Positions 1-13,208 of a stretch of DNA of 64,000 nt are shown one piece after another. Position numbers and translations under genes: made by a program. The DNA lies in assembly GCA_964016885.1 (NCBI GenBank), contig OZ024743.1, positions 373,798,001 to 373,862,000 on the forward strand. Direction: 5' to 3'. The stretch comes from Eledone cirrhosa. Taxonomy: Eukaryota. Within the stretch, counting starts at the first letter, position 1. Every line of letters begins with the position of its first letter. The notes beneath the pieces were generated by a model. It did not search any database. It worked only from the letters and a program-made list of their open reading frames with translations, and had not been told where the DNA came from.

Positions 1-3000
1 TGACGTTGGCTTGTGGAGGGCTTCATCTTATAGTGGACAGTGACGTTGGCTTGGGCAGGAGTTCCTCTTGTAGTGGACAGTGACGTTGGCTTGGAGAGGA
101 CTTCCTGTTGTAGTGGACAGTGACGTTGGCTTGGAGAGGACTCCCTCTTGTAGTGGACAGTGACGTTGGCTTGGGGAGGGCTTCATCTTGTAGTGGACAG
201 TGTCGTTGGCTTGGGGAGGAGTTCCTCTTGTAGTGGACAGTGACGTTTGATTGTGGAGGGCTTCATCTTGTAGTGGACAGTGACGTTGGCTTGTGGAGAG
301 CTTCATCTTGTAGTCGACAGTGACATTGGCTTGGGGAGGAGTTCCTCTTGTAGTGGACAGTGACGTTGGCTTGTGGAGGGCTTCATCTTGTAGTGGACAG
401 TGACGTTGGCTTGGGGGAGGAGTTCCTCTTGTAGTGGACAGTGACGTTGGCTTGGGGGGAGTTTCTCTTGTAGTGGACAGTGACGTTGGCTTGGGGAGGA
501 CTTCCTATTGTAATGGACAGTGACGTTGGCTTGTGGAGGGCTTCATCTTGTAGTCGACAGTGACATTGGCTTGGGGAGGAGTTCCTCTTGTAGTGGACAG
601 TGACGTTGGCTTGTGGAGGGCTTCATCTTGTAGTGGACAGTGACGTTGACTTGGGGAGGACTTCCTCTTGTAGTGGACAGTGACGTTGGCTTGGGGAGGA
701 CTTCCTCTTGTAGTGGACAGTGGCGTTGGCTTGTGGAGGGCTTCATCTTGTAGTGGATAGTGACGTTGGCTTGGGGAGGGCTTCATCTTGTAGTGGACAG
801 TGACGTTGGCTTGGGGAGGACTTCCTCTTGTAGTGGACAGTGACGTTGGCTTGTGGAGGGCTTCATCTTGTAGTGGACAGTGACGTTGGCTTGGGGAGGG
901 CTTCATCTTGTAGTGGACAGTGACGTTGGCTTGGGGAGGAGTTCCTCTTGTATTGGACACTGACGTTGGATGGGGAGGACTTCGTCTTGTAGTGGACAGT
1001 GACGTTGGCTTGGGGAGGAGTTCCTCTTGTAGTGGACAGTGACGTTGGCTTGGGGAGGACTCCCTCTTGTAGTGGACAGTTACCTTGGCTTGGGGAGGCC
1101 TTCATCTTGTAGTGGACAGTGACGTTGGCTTGGGGAGGACTTCCTCTTGTAGTGGACAGTGACGTTGGCTTGAGGAGGGATTCATCTTGTAGTGGACAGT
1201 GACGTTGGCTTGGGCAGGAGTTCATCTTGTAGTGGACAGTGACGTTGGCTTGTGGAGGGCTTCATCTTGTAGTGGACAGTGTCGTTGGCTTGGCGAGGAG
1301 TTCCTATTGTAGTGGACAGTGACGTTTGCTTGTGGAGGGCTTCATCTTGTAGTGGTCAGTGACGTTGGCTTGTGGAGGGCTTCATCTTGTAGTAGACAGC
1401 GACGTTGGCTTGTGGAGGGCTTCAACTTGTAGTGGACAGTGACGTTAGCTTGGGGGGAGTTCCTCTTGTAGTGGACAGTGACGTTGGCTTGTGGAGGGCT
1501 TCATCTTGTAGTGGACAGTGTCGTTGGCTTGGCGAGGAGTTCCTATTGTAGTGGACAGTGACGTTTGCTTGTGGAGGGCTTCATCTTGTAGTGGTCAGTG
1601 ACGTTGGCTTGTGGAGGGCTTCATCTTGTAGTGGACAGTGACGTTGGCTTGAGGAGGGATTCATCTTGTAGTGGACAGTGACGTTGGCTTGGGCAGGAGT
1701 TCATCTTGTAGTGGACAGTGACGTTGGCTTGGGGGAGGACTTCCTCTTGTAGTGGTCAGTGACGTTGGCTTGTGGAGGGCTTCATCTTGTAGTGGACAGT
1801 GACGTTGGCTTGGGGAGGAGTTCCTCTTGTAGTGGATAGTGACTTTGGCTTGTGGAGGGCTTCATCTTGTAGTGGACAGTGACGTTGGCTTGGGGAGCAC
1901 TTCCTCTTATAGTGGACAGTGATGTTGACTTGGGGAGGACTTCCTCTTGTAGTAGACAGCGACGTTGGCTTGTGGAGGGCTTCAAATTGTAGTGGACAGT
2001 GACGTTGGCTTGGGGGAGGAGTTCCTCTTGTAGTGGACAGTGACGTTGGCTTGGGGGGGAGTTCCTCTTGTAGTGGACACTGACGTTGGCTTGGGGAGGA
2101 CTCCCTCTTGTAGTGGACAGTGACGTTGGCTTGTGGAGGGCTTCATCTTGTAGTGGACAGTGATGTTGGCTTGGTGAGGAGTTCATCTTGTAGTGGGCAG
2201 TGACGTTGGCTTGGGGAGGAGTTCATCTTGTAGTGGACAGTGACGTTGGCTTGGGGAGGAATTCCTCTTGTAGTGGACAGTGACGTTGGCTTGTGGAGGG
2301 CTTCATCTTGTAGTCGACAGTGACATTGGCTTGGGGAGGAGTTCCTCTTGTAGTGGACAGTGACGTTGGCTTGTGGAGGGCTTCATCTTGTAGTGGACAG
2401 TGACGTTGACTTGGGGAGGACTTCCTCTTGTAGTGGACAGTGACGTTGGCTTGGGGAGGACTTCCTCTTGTAGTGGACAGTGGCGTTGGCTTGTGGAGGG
2501 CTTCATCTTGTAGTGGATAGTGACGTTGGCTTGGGGAGGGCTTCATCTTGTAGTGGACAGTGACGTTGGCTTGGGGAGGACTTCCTCTTGTAGTGGACAG
2601 TGACGTTGGCTTGTGGAGGGCTTCATCTTGTAGTGGACAGTGACGTTGGCTTGGGGAGGGCTTCATCTTGTAGTGGACAGTGACGTTGGCTTGGGGAGGA
2701 GTTCCTCTTGTATTGGACACTGACGTTGGATGGGGAGGACTTCGTCTTGTAGTGGACAGTGACGTTGGCTTGGGGAGGAGTTCCTCTTGTAGTGGACAGT
2801 GACGTTGGCTTGGGGGGAGTTTCTCTTGTAGTGGACAGTGACGTTGGCTTGGGGGGAGTTTCTCTTGTAGTGGACAGTGACGTTGGCTTGGGGAGGACTT
2901 CCTATTGTAATGGACAGTGACGTTGGCTTGTGGAGGGCTTCATCTTGTAGTCGACAGTGACATTGGCTTGGGGAGGAGTTGCTCTTGTAGTGGACAGTGA

Positions 3001-6000
3001 CGTTGGCTTGTGGAGGGCTTCATCTTGTAGTGGACAGTGACGTTGAATTGGGGAGGACTTCCTCTTGTAGTGGACAGTGACGTTGGCTTGGGGAGGACTT
3101 CCTCTTGTAGTGGACAGTGGCGTTGGCTTGTGGAGGGCTTCATCTTGTTGTGGATAGTGACGTTGGCTTGGGGAGGGCTTCATCTTGTAGTGGACAGTGA
3201 CGTTGGCTTGGGGAGGACTTCCTCTTGTAGTGGACAGTGACGTTGGCTTGTGGAGGGCTTCATCTTGTAGTGGACAGTGACGTTGGCTTGGGGAGGGCTT
3301 CATCTTGTAGTGGACAGTGACGTTGGCTTGGGGAGGAGTTCCTCTTGTATTGGACACTGACGTTGGATGGGGAGGACTTCGTCTTGTAGTGGACAGTGAC
3401 GTTGGCTTGGGGAGGAGTTCCTCTTGTAGTGGACAGTGACGTTGGCTTGGGGAGGACTCCCTCTTGTAGTGGACAGTGACCTTGGCTTGGGGAGGCCTTC
3501 ATCTTGTAGTGGACAGTGACGTTGGCTTGGGGAGGACTTCCTCTTGTAGTGGACAGTGACGTTGGCTTGAGGAGGGATTCATCTTGTAGTGGACAGTGAC
3601 GTTGGCTTGGGCAGGAGTTCATCTTGTAGTGGACAGTGACGTTGGCTTGTGGAGGGCTTCATCTTGTAGTGGACAGTGTCGTTGGCTTGGCGAGGAGTTC
3701 CTATTGTAGTGGACAGTGACGTTTGCTTGTGGAGGGCTTCATCTTGTAGTGGTCAGTGACGTTGGCTTGTGGAGGGCTTCATCTTGTAGTAGACAGCGAC
3801 GTTGGCTTGTGGAGGGCTTCAACTTGTAGTGGACAATGACGTTAGCTTGGGGGGAGTTCCTCTTGTAGTGGACAGTGACGTTGGCTTGTGGAGGGCTTCA
3901 TCTTGTATTGGACAGTGTCGTTGGCTTGGCGAGGAGTTCCTATTGTAGTGGACAGTGACGTTTGCTTGTGGAGGGCTTCATCTTGTAGTGGTCAGTGACG
4001 TTGGCTTGTGGAGGGCTTCATCTTGTAGTGGACAGTGACGTTGGCTTGAGGAGGGATTCATCTTGTAGTGGACAGTGACGTTGGCTTGGGCAGGAGTTCA
4101 TCTTGTAGTGGACAGTGACGTTGGCTTGGGGAGGACTTCCTCTTGTAGTGGTCAGTGACGTTGGCTTGTGGAGGGCTTCATCTTGTAGTGGACAGTGACG
4201 TTGGCTTGGGGAGGAGTTCCTCTTGTAGTGGATAGTGACTTTGGCTTGTGGAGGGCTTCATCTTGTAGTGGACAGTGACGTTGGCTTGGGGAGCACTTCC
4301 TCTTATAGTGGACAGTGATGTTGACTTGGGGAGGACTTCCTCTTGTAGTAGACAGCGACGTTGGCTTGTGGAGGGCTTCAACTTGTAGTGGACAGTGACG
4401 TTGGCTTGGGGGAGGAGTTCCTCTTGTAGTGGACAGTGACGTTGGCTTGGGGGGGAGTTCCTCTTGTAGTGGACACTGACGTTGGCTTGGGGAGGACTCC
4501 CTCTTGTAGTGGACAGTGACGTTGGCTTGTGGAGGGCTTCATCTTGTAGTGGACAGTGATGTTGGCTTGGGGAGGAGTTCATCTTGTAGTGGGCAGTGAC
4601 GTTGGCTTGGGGAGGAGTTCATCTTGTAGTGGACAGTGACGTTGGCTTGGGGAGGAATTCCTCTTGTAGTGGACAGTGACGTTGGCTTGTGGAGGGCTTC
4701 ATATTGTAGTGGACAGTGACATTGGCTTGTGGAGGGCTTCATATTGTAGTGGACAGTGACGTTGGCTTGGGGAGGAGTTCATCTTGTAGTGGACAGTGAC
4801 GTTGGCTTGGGGAGGAGTTCATCTTGTAGTGGACAGTGACGTTGGCTTGGGGAGGAGTTCATCTTGTAGTGGACAGTGACGTTGGCTTGGGGAGGAATTC
4901 CTCTTGTAGTGGACAGTGACGTTGGCTTGTGGAGGGCTTCATCTTGTAGTGGACAGTGACGTTGGCTTGGGGAGGACTCCCTCTTGTAGTGGACAGTGAC
5001 GTTGGCTTGGGGAGGGCTTCATCTTGTAGTGGACAGTGTCGTTGGCTTGGGGAGGAGTTCCTTTTGTAGTGGACAGTGACGTTTGATTGTGGAGGGCTTC
5101 ATCTTGTAGTGGACAGTGACGTTGGCTTGTGGAGAGCTTCATCTTATAGTGGACAGTGACGTTGGCTTGGGCAGGAGTTCCTGTTGTAGTGGACAGTGAC
5201 GTTGGCTTGGAGAGGACTTCCTGTTGTAGTGGACAGTGACGTTGGCTTGGGGAGGACTCCCTCTTGTAGTGGACAGTGACGTTGGCTTGGGGAGGGCTTC
5301 ATCTTGTAGTGGACAGTGTCGTTGGCTTGGGGAGGAGTTCCTCTTGTAGTGGACAGTGACGTTTGATTGTGGAGGACTTCATCTTGTAGTGGACAGTGAC
5401 GTTGGCTTGTGGAGGGCTTCATCTTGTACTGGACAGTGATGTTGGCTTGGGGAGGAGTTCATCTTGTAGTGGACAGTGACATTGGCTTGTGGAGGGCTTC
5501 ATATTGTAGTGGACAGTGATGTTGGCTTGGGGAGGACTTCCTCTTGTAGTGGACAGTGACGTTGGCTTGGGAAGGAGTTCATCTTGTAGTGGACAGTGAT
5601 GTTGGCTTGTGGAGGGCTTCATCTTGTAGTGGACAGTGACGTTGGCTTGGGGAGGACTTCCTCTTGTAGTGGACAGTGACGTTGGCTTGGGGAGGACTTC
5701 CTCTTGTAGTGGACAGTGACGTTGGCTTGTGGAGGACTTCCTCTTGTAGTGGACAGTGACGTTGGCTTGTGGAGGACTTCTCTTGTAATGGACAGTGACG
5801 TTGGCTTGAGGAGGGCTTCATCTTGTAGTGGACAGTGACGTTGGCTTGTGGATGGCTTCAACTTGTAGTGGTCAGTGACGTTGGCTTGTGGAGGGCTTCA
5901 ACTTGTAGTGGTCAGTGACGTTGGCTTGGGGGAGGAGTTCCTCTTATAGTGGACACTGACGTTGGCTTGAGGAGGACTTCCTCTTGTAGTGGACAGTAAC

Positions 6001-6950
6001 CTTTGCTCGGGGAGGATTTCTCTTGTAATGGACAGTGACGTTGACTTGTGGAGGGCTTCATCTTGTAGCGGACAGTGACGTTGGCTTGGGGAGGGCTTCA
6101 TCTTGTAGTGGACAGTGACGTTGGCTTGTGGAGGACTTCCTCTTGTATTGGATAGTGGCATTGGCTTGGGGAGGACTTCCACTTGTAGTGGACAGTGACG
6201 TTGGCTTGTGGAGGGCTTCATCTTGTAGTGGACAGTAACGTTGGCTTGGGGAGGAGTTTCTCTTGTAGTGGACAGTGACGTTGACTTGGGGAGGACTTCT
6301 TATTGTAATGGACAGTGACGTTGGCTTGGGTAGGAGTTCCTCTAGTAGTAGACAGTGACGTTGGCTTGGGGAGGACTTCATCTTGTAGTGGACTGTGACG
6401 TTGACTTGGGGAGGGCTTCCTCTTGTAGTGGACAGTGACGTTGGCTTGGGGAGGGCTTCATCTTGTAGTGGACAGTGACGTTGGCTTGGGGAGGAGTTCC
6501 ACTTGTAGTGGACAGTGACGTTGACTTGGGGAGGATTTCTTATTGTAGTGGACAGTGACTTTGGCTTGGGGAGGGCTTCATCTTGTAGTGGACAGTGACG
6601 TTGGCTTGGGGAGGACTTCATCTTGTAGTGGACACTGACGTTGGCTTGGGGAGGGCTTCATCTTGTAGTGGACAGTGACGTTGGCTCGGGGAGGACTTCC
6701 TCTTGTAGTGGACAGTGACGTTGGCTTGGGGAGGGCTTCATATTGTAGTGGACAGGTATGTTGGCTTGGGGAGGACTTCTTCTTGTAGTGGACAGTGACG
6801 TTGGCTTGTGGAGGACTTCTTCTTGTAGTGGACAGTGACGTTGGCTTGGGGAGGACTTCTTCTTGTAGTGGACAGTGACGTTGGCTTGTGGAGGACTTCA
6901 TCTTGTAGTGGACAGTGACGTTCTCTTGGGGAGGACTTCACCTTGAAGTG
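1..6950. repeat. 40-bp tandem satellite (~174 monomers; consensus TGACGTTGGCTTG(G/T)GGAGG(GC/AG/AC)TTC(A/C)TCTTGTAGTGGACAG), open at the left edge
   Basis: 40-bp periodicity is read directly. Near-identical pseudo-ORFs recur at offsets of ~2397 (505/2902, 863/3260, 1782/4178) and 1760 (543/2303). Confidence 0.98.
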
Positions 6951-7086
6951 GGTCAGAGCACGTTAAACCCGCCCCCTCGCTGATTTGAGAGGGCGTGCGG
7001 TATCTTTGCACTGGAGTGTAGGGGGAACTCCTAAAAAGATAAAATACCGGTATACCTAGCCGAGAGCCAGCCGGACAGGTCAGCTA

Positions 7087-7087
<1 letters not shown>
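6951..7087 (+). mobile_element. Putative Helitron-like 3' terminus closing the 40-bp satellite
   Basis: GCCGAGAGCCAGCCGG + 9 nt + CTAG|T at 7059-7088. It has the same layout and spacing as the clear Helitron ends at 26755-26783 and 28279-28307 (minus). The hairpin is degenerate. Confidence 0.55.
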
Positions 7088-7154
<67 letters not shown>

Positions 7155-7296
7155 CTATATCTATATGTACATATATATATATATGTATATATATCTATAT
7201 CTATATGTATATATATATATGTATGTATATATATGTATATATATATATCTATATGTATATATCTATATCTATATGTATATATATATCTATATGTAT
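7088..7296. repeat. (TA)n microsatellite with TC/TG interruptions
   Basis: Direct reading. Confidence 0.95.
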
Positions 7297-7869
7297 TTAA
7301 TACAATAACAGAGATAGCTTAAAGCTAAACTCCGACTGGCAACCATCTCACGCAACAAACATTAGGTTATATGTTAGTATAAACCCAATTTAATTGTTTG
7401 GGGTGCCAATTTTTTTTTTTTAATGGAAAGCCAGTTGTATTATTTTATGAGATATAATTAAAGTTAAAATATATCTCTCTTTCCAAACAATTGTTTCATT
7501 ATAACTTTTCTACAAATTGGGAGAATGTTTCCAGTTTATGTAGAAGCCTAACATATATTCATGTAAGAATATATTTAGGTGGGCACTTATAAATCTTCAG
7601 TGGAAGCCCATTAAACTTTGATATAAGAAAAAATTCTTACCGCAGTTAAAAATCGTGTCTGCTAAGCTGCTCCTTCACGCATCGAATGACCGCCAAATTT
7701 GAAATTCCAGCAGTATTTTGACTGAGGAAGTTACATAGCGTCACTAAGCGGCAAAGGGAGACAACCACGATTCACATGTATGTATATATATATATGTATA
7801 TATATATCTATATATATATATCTATATCTATATCTATATATATATCTATATATATATCTATATATATAT

Positions 7870-8064
7870 ATAGGAAGAAGTAAGACCCCGACGGCACAGC
7901 TCAAGCCGTTTCGACGGCTATTTTCTGGACAGAAATACCCGTCGAAACGCCTTGAGCTCTGCCGTCGGGGTCTTACTTTTTCCTATTTCCCACTCTACTA
8001 CCCTAAGTATTGAGTACTCTGGTGCGTTATGATCCATCTGGTTCATTACCACAATTCCTTTGTT
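7870..8064 (+). repeat. Fold-back hairpin (57/58-nt arms, 7870-7986) joined to a dispersed repeat end also present inverted at 26030-26106; likely PLE pseudo-LTR fragment
   Basis: Arms 7870-7927 and 7930-7986 are reverse complements with 4 substitutions and 1 indel. 7990-8064 matches the reverse complement of 26030-26106. Flanked by (TA)n. Confidence 0.7.
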
Positions 8065-8273
8065 ATATATATATATATGCATATATATGTATATATATAT
8101 ATATGTATATATATATATGTATATATAAATATGTATATATATATGCATGCATATATGTATATATATGTATATATATATGTATATATATATATGTATATAT
8201 ATATATGTATGTATATATGTATGTATATAAATGTATGTATATATATATATATATATATGTATGTATATAAATG

Positions 8274-8361
<88 letters not shown>

Positions 8362-8839
8362 TATATGTATGTATATATAAGTATGTATATGTATATATAT
8401 ATGTATATATGTATATGTATGTATATGTATATATATATGTATATGTATGTATATATGTATATGTACGTATGTATATGTATATATATATATATATGTATAT
8501 GTATGTATATATGTATATGTATGTATATGTATGTATATATGTATATGTATGTATATATATGTATATATATAGGTATGTATGTATATACATGTAAATATAT
8601 GTGTGTGTATATATATATTATATATATATACATGTATATATATGTGTGTGTATATATATATTATATATATATACATGTATATATATATAAATAATTTTAT
8701 CCCGGGTTCAATAATTTTAACCACAATAAGTAAGGTACTCAATACATAGCAGAGTATAAATATTTAATATAGAAATGCCTTCTACAGGACATTCGAGAGA
8801 AATCATTTATATGTATATATATAGGTTTACATATATATG

Positions 8840-8913
<74 letters not shown>

Positions 8914-8942
8914 CATGTTTTATCAAAGTTATATATATATAG

Positions 8943-8996
<54 letters not shown>

Positions 8997-9085
8997 GTGT
9001 ATATATACATGTGTATATATACCAATACTGCCAATATATATATATTATATATATATTATATATATATTATATATATATTATATAT
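8065..9085. repeat. (TA)n/(TATG)n low-complexity tract with a short unique island at ~8690-8810
   Basis: Direct reading. Confidence 0.9.
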
Positions 9086-9095
9086 TGGCAGTATT

Positions 9096-9266
9096 GGTAG
9101 AGGGTCGGACGCCATATTTTGACTCGTAGAGTTACGGCCCTTGCCATTCTGAGTTGAAATCCCGCCGAGGTTAACGTTACCTTTCATCCTTACGGGGGTC
9201 GATAAAATAAAGTACCAGTAATGCACTGGGTAATTGCTAGCCTTGTGCCAAAAGTAGAAACAATTA
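9096..9266 (+). mobile_element. tRNA-like SINE copy (cephalopod-type)
   Basis: B-box-like GAGTTGAAATCCC, core CTTTCATCCTTACGGGGGTCGATAAAATAAAGTACCAGT, tail CCTTGTGCCAAAAGTAGAAACAATT. Closely similar to 22936-23106. Confidence 0.8.
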
Positions 9267-9933
9267 TATATATATATATATATATGGTATATATACATAT
9301 ATATGTATATATATATGATATACATGTATATTTATACACGTGTGTGTGTATGTGTAACCTATAGTGGATAGACGTACATATATGTATATTTGTAAATAGT
9401 GCGCACGTAAACACAGTTTAAAACATGCTCATTCGCTCACATACTCACACATACAAAAGCACATCCAAATGCACATACACACACATTGAAATGCACATAC
9501 ACACACATACAAATACACACACACACACATACACATGCACATAGTTCAACAATAGTTGTATTCTTTTATTTTTTAATATTTACTTTATTTTCTACCTACA
9601 AAGCAACAGTCTAAAACCAAGAGTTACTAAAAACATCTAAAAATATTAAATAGTTATGCAATATAAAGTATATATATATACTTTATATGTATATATATGT
9701 ATACATACATACTTTATATATATACATATACATACATATATATATACATATGCATACATACACATATATATATATATATACTTTATATACATATACATAT
9801 ACATACATGCAAATATATATATATATATATATGTATATAAATATGTATATATATATATATGTATATATATATATTTATATATATGTATATATATATATGT
9901 ATATATGTATATATATATATATATGTGTATATA

Positions 9934-9964
<31 letters not shown>

Positions 9965-10466
9965 TGGTAAACGGAATAGAAAATACTGACAAATTGTTCA
10001 CAGTTGAAAAATGGTTTAATTAGGAATAAAAGAGTATTAGTAATTGTATGGGTTGGTATTCAGTTGTGGTTTTAAGTTTTTAAGTTTTTACCGGTTGCTT
10101 TTCAAAAATAATTTTGAGATAGAGCGTCCGTGTTGTTTGCTCTGATCTGATTAGTTTTGGGAATTCTACCTGTTTTTATGTTAAAAAAGTGGCTCCAGCG
10201 CTACTTGGTGTTGCAAAAATTCTTGTGGTCAAAACAATTTTGATTGGACGGTAGAGGTCATGTGAATGTAAAAAATTGATTTTGCGCCAAGACTGTTTTT
10301 ATGTTAAAAAAGTGGCTCCAAGACTGAGAAATGACTCTTTCACAACAAATATGTGTGTGTATGTGTGTGTGTGTAGTAGTAGTAAAGTGTTCGATGTTGT
10401 GATAATGGTTAGCAGGGATGTGTGTGCGAACCGCAGCCTGTTGACAGTTCAAATGGCTATTAAGAT

Positions 10467-10546
<80 letters not shown>

Positions 10547-12506
10547 CAGAGTAATTCGTGGTAGCGGGATGGTCAGTAGGAATGTGTCTGTAAGCAGTGG
10601 GGGGTATTTTAGCATGTCAAAAGATATTTTTCAGCTTTTGTCTTATACGGAGAAGTGTGTGTGTGTGTGTGTGTATAAGTCTCTTTGTATGTTAATGTAC
10701 GCGTGTGTGTGTGTGTATATATGTGTGTGTGTGTGTGTGTGTGAGAATGTGTGTGTGTGTGTGTGGGTGGACCAGTATTTTTTTCCCTTGGTAAAATGGT
10801 GTACATTATTCGATATTTTCAGTAAAATCGGTTCTCTTAATAGAACATCAAAAATCTTAACAATAAAAGGTGTGAAATGATATTCACTATATATATATAT
10901 ATACACATATATTCACTATATATATATATATATACACATATATTTTTTTGTGTTGCACCATAGAGCATGTGTGTTTACGTATGTCATTGTGTTTATATGT
11001 GGGTAGAGATGTGTGCTGATGTAGGTATGTATGTTGACGTGCGTATGTTGTGGGTTCGTCTTAGGGAGAAGTGTTTAGACGGGGCCCGTATTTGTTAATA
11101 AAGTAAGATTCCTTGCTGATGCGCTGGGTGTGGGTGGCATTATCTTTAAATTTGTAGAGAGGAAAGATTCTGAAGTTGGGATGATTTTGGGCGGCACAGG
11201 TATCAATATGTTCACTCGGTGGTATTTTCCTGTATTCCCGTATTTTAATTTTGGATCTATGGACAGTCATGCGTTGGCGGAGGCTGTTTTTGGTCTGGCC
11301 TATGTATTGTTCTCGACAACCTGAGCAAGTTAATACATATATTAGATTTTCCGATGCACATGTGAAATTGTGTTTTACTATAAAACGTTGTCCTTCTTTG
11401 AAATAGAATTCCGAACCCTCTATTAGGTTGATGCAAATGCCACAGTTGGGTCTATCGCATTTTTTTACTGTGGGTTTCGTTGTTGTGGTTGGCAGTACTT
11501 TGGCATGTGTTAGGATGTTTTTCATTGACTTGGATTGTCTTTTGCTCTTTATGATATCGTGTGTTCGTAGGATTTGGTTCATTCTATGGTCCTTTTTCAA
11601 CACAGGGATGTTCTGGAGGATGGTGTCAAAGGCCTCATTGTTGAGGGGTTGTGTGTGGAGATGTATGGAAGAGCTTTTGATTTACTTTAGGGTGTCTAAG
11701 GTCCTGGGTACTGAGTTTTAGGGCACGTTGGATTCCATTGTCAATTAGTGATTCAGGGTAGTCCCTGCCTATGAGTGTGTCCTTTAGTTCTTGTAGCCGT
11801 AAGTAGCAGGTGTTTTTATTGGAGACTATCTTGGCTAAGTTGTAGGGAATATTAATTTTAACGTGTCTAGGGTGGCAAGAGTTGAAAGGAAGATATTGCT
11901 TGGAGTCTGTGGGCTTGTAGTATATGTCTGTTTCTATTTTTTTGTTATGGATCTTAATGAGGATGTCGAGGAAGGGGAGTTGTTGATGGCTGTATTCCAT
12001 CGTGAAGTTAATATTCGTGTTGAGCCCATTTATAAGGGTGTGAAATTCTTTAAGTTTTTCGATGTTTTCGTGCCAAAGGATGAAGCAGTCATCTAGATAT
12101 CGCTTCCAGTTCCTTTCAATGTGTAAGTGGAGGGTGTTTCCAAATTTGTTTAGGGCTTTAGTGTAGAGGGTGATTTCCAGGTATCCCATGACTAGGTTGG
12201 CATAAGTGGGGGCTGTTTTCGTTCCCATAGCGGTCCCAGATTTCTGCCTGTATGGTTTGTTATTGAAAACGAAATAATTGTTCTCCAAGATAAATTTGAG
12301 TCCTTCTATCACGAATTCTTTTTTGATGCGTTGTGGGAGTTCATTGTGGAAATTATCCAGCCAGAATTAGATAGCTTCTATTCCTAGGTTGTGGGGGATG
12401 TTGGAGTATAGGTTGACTACATCGAACGTCACTAGTAGGGTTTGTTCAGAAAGTGGCATATTAGGGAGGTGATTGAGCATATCTAGGTCGCCCCTTATAT
12501 AGCTTT

Positions 12507-12510
<4 letters not shown>
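9965..12510 (-). mobile_element. Penelope-like retroelement, probably Neptune-type, 5'-truncated and disrupted (coding part 11061-12510; 3' UTR extent approximate)
   Basis: RT motifs TFDVVNLYSNIP, GTAMGTKTAPTYANL and WKRYLDDCF. Cys linker CDRPNCGIC. GIY-YIG NLIYVLTCSGCREQYIGQT...RMTVH. Frameshift near 11620-11700 and a stop near 12367. The 5' end abuts (TA)n. Confidence 0.88.
11061..12312 (-). pseudogene. PLE RT (11635-12312) + GIY-YIG endonuclease (11061-11603), frameshifted
   Basis: Two ORF-track pieces carry consecutive RT/thumb and GIY-YIG motifs. Confidence 0.88.
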
Positions 12511-12595
<85 letters not shown>

Positions 12596-12649
12596 TAAAC
12601 AAATAATGAATAAAACAATGAAACAGTTCCTTATATTAAACAAAAAAAG

Positions 12650-12804
12650 TTCATTATTTAACGATCGTTTCTAGGATATATATGTGTTAGAATTGGCATG
12701 CATATTCAACAGATCTATGTACAAAATTATACAAAATTATACAAACTATCAAGATTAAATATACATACCAAACACACATATACGCCGTCTTCAGAAATAA
12801 TGAA
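12650..12804 (-). ncRNA. Minimal type-I hammerhead ribozyme (inverted pLTR copy)
   Basis: Reverse complement of 18887-19041. Confidence 0.75.
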
Positions 12805-13208
12805 ATATATTTATTGATAATAACAACAATTCAAAATTTCAGGTCCGTTTGGGAACAAAATTGACCAATGAAAATACAAAAGGTTTTATGCAGTTTGGCG
12901 TGTGTATATACATGTAACTACCCCGTACACATATTTATACAAAGATGTATGCTCAACATGCATACGCATGCCAAAAAGATGCATGCAAATACAAAATTTC
13001 AAGGTTAATGTCTCTGTAAGTTTATAATGCACAGATAAGATGCGTATAGACACATAAATATGAAATAAGTGTATACACATATTCTCATACTCACACATAT
13101 CCGTACACTCACACACACGCGCGCGTATATGCATAAACATACACATAATTACGAACATACCTAAAAAAGTCTAAAAAAATCCATGTCCACTCGGACAAAA
13201 CTGGTAAC

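Noticed and set aside
1-6950. CRISPR array or repeat-protein gene (ORFs ..SQRHCPLQ..)
   Set aside because: There are no unique spacers and no cas genes. The 40-bp period shifts frame every monomer, so the ORFs are satellite read-through.
9965-10330. Hammerhead in the Neptune-like PLE 3' region
   Set aside because: No CUGAnGA/GAAA pair with pairing stems could be found by eye; only a 28-bp direct repeat (10170/10293)
7780-10906. [12 protein letters not shown] ORFs (also 15671-18347, 35289-36997)
   Set aside because: Translations of dinucleotide and tetranucleotide microsatellites
12886-13158. Duplicated small protein (also 18575-18805)
   Set aside because: Chance ORF within the inverted pseudo-LTR pair, with a non-ATG start and no motif
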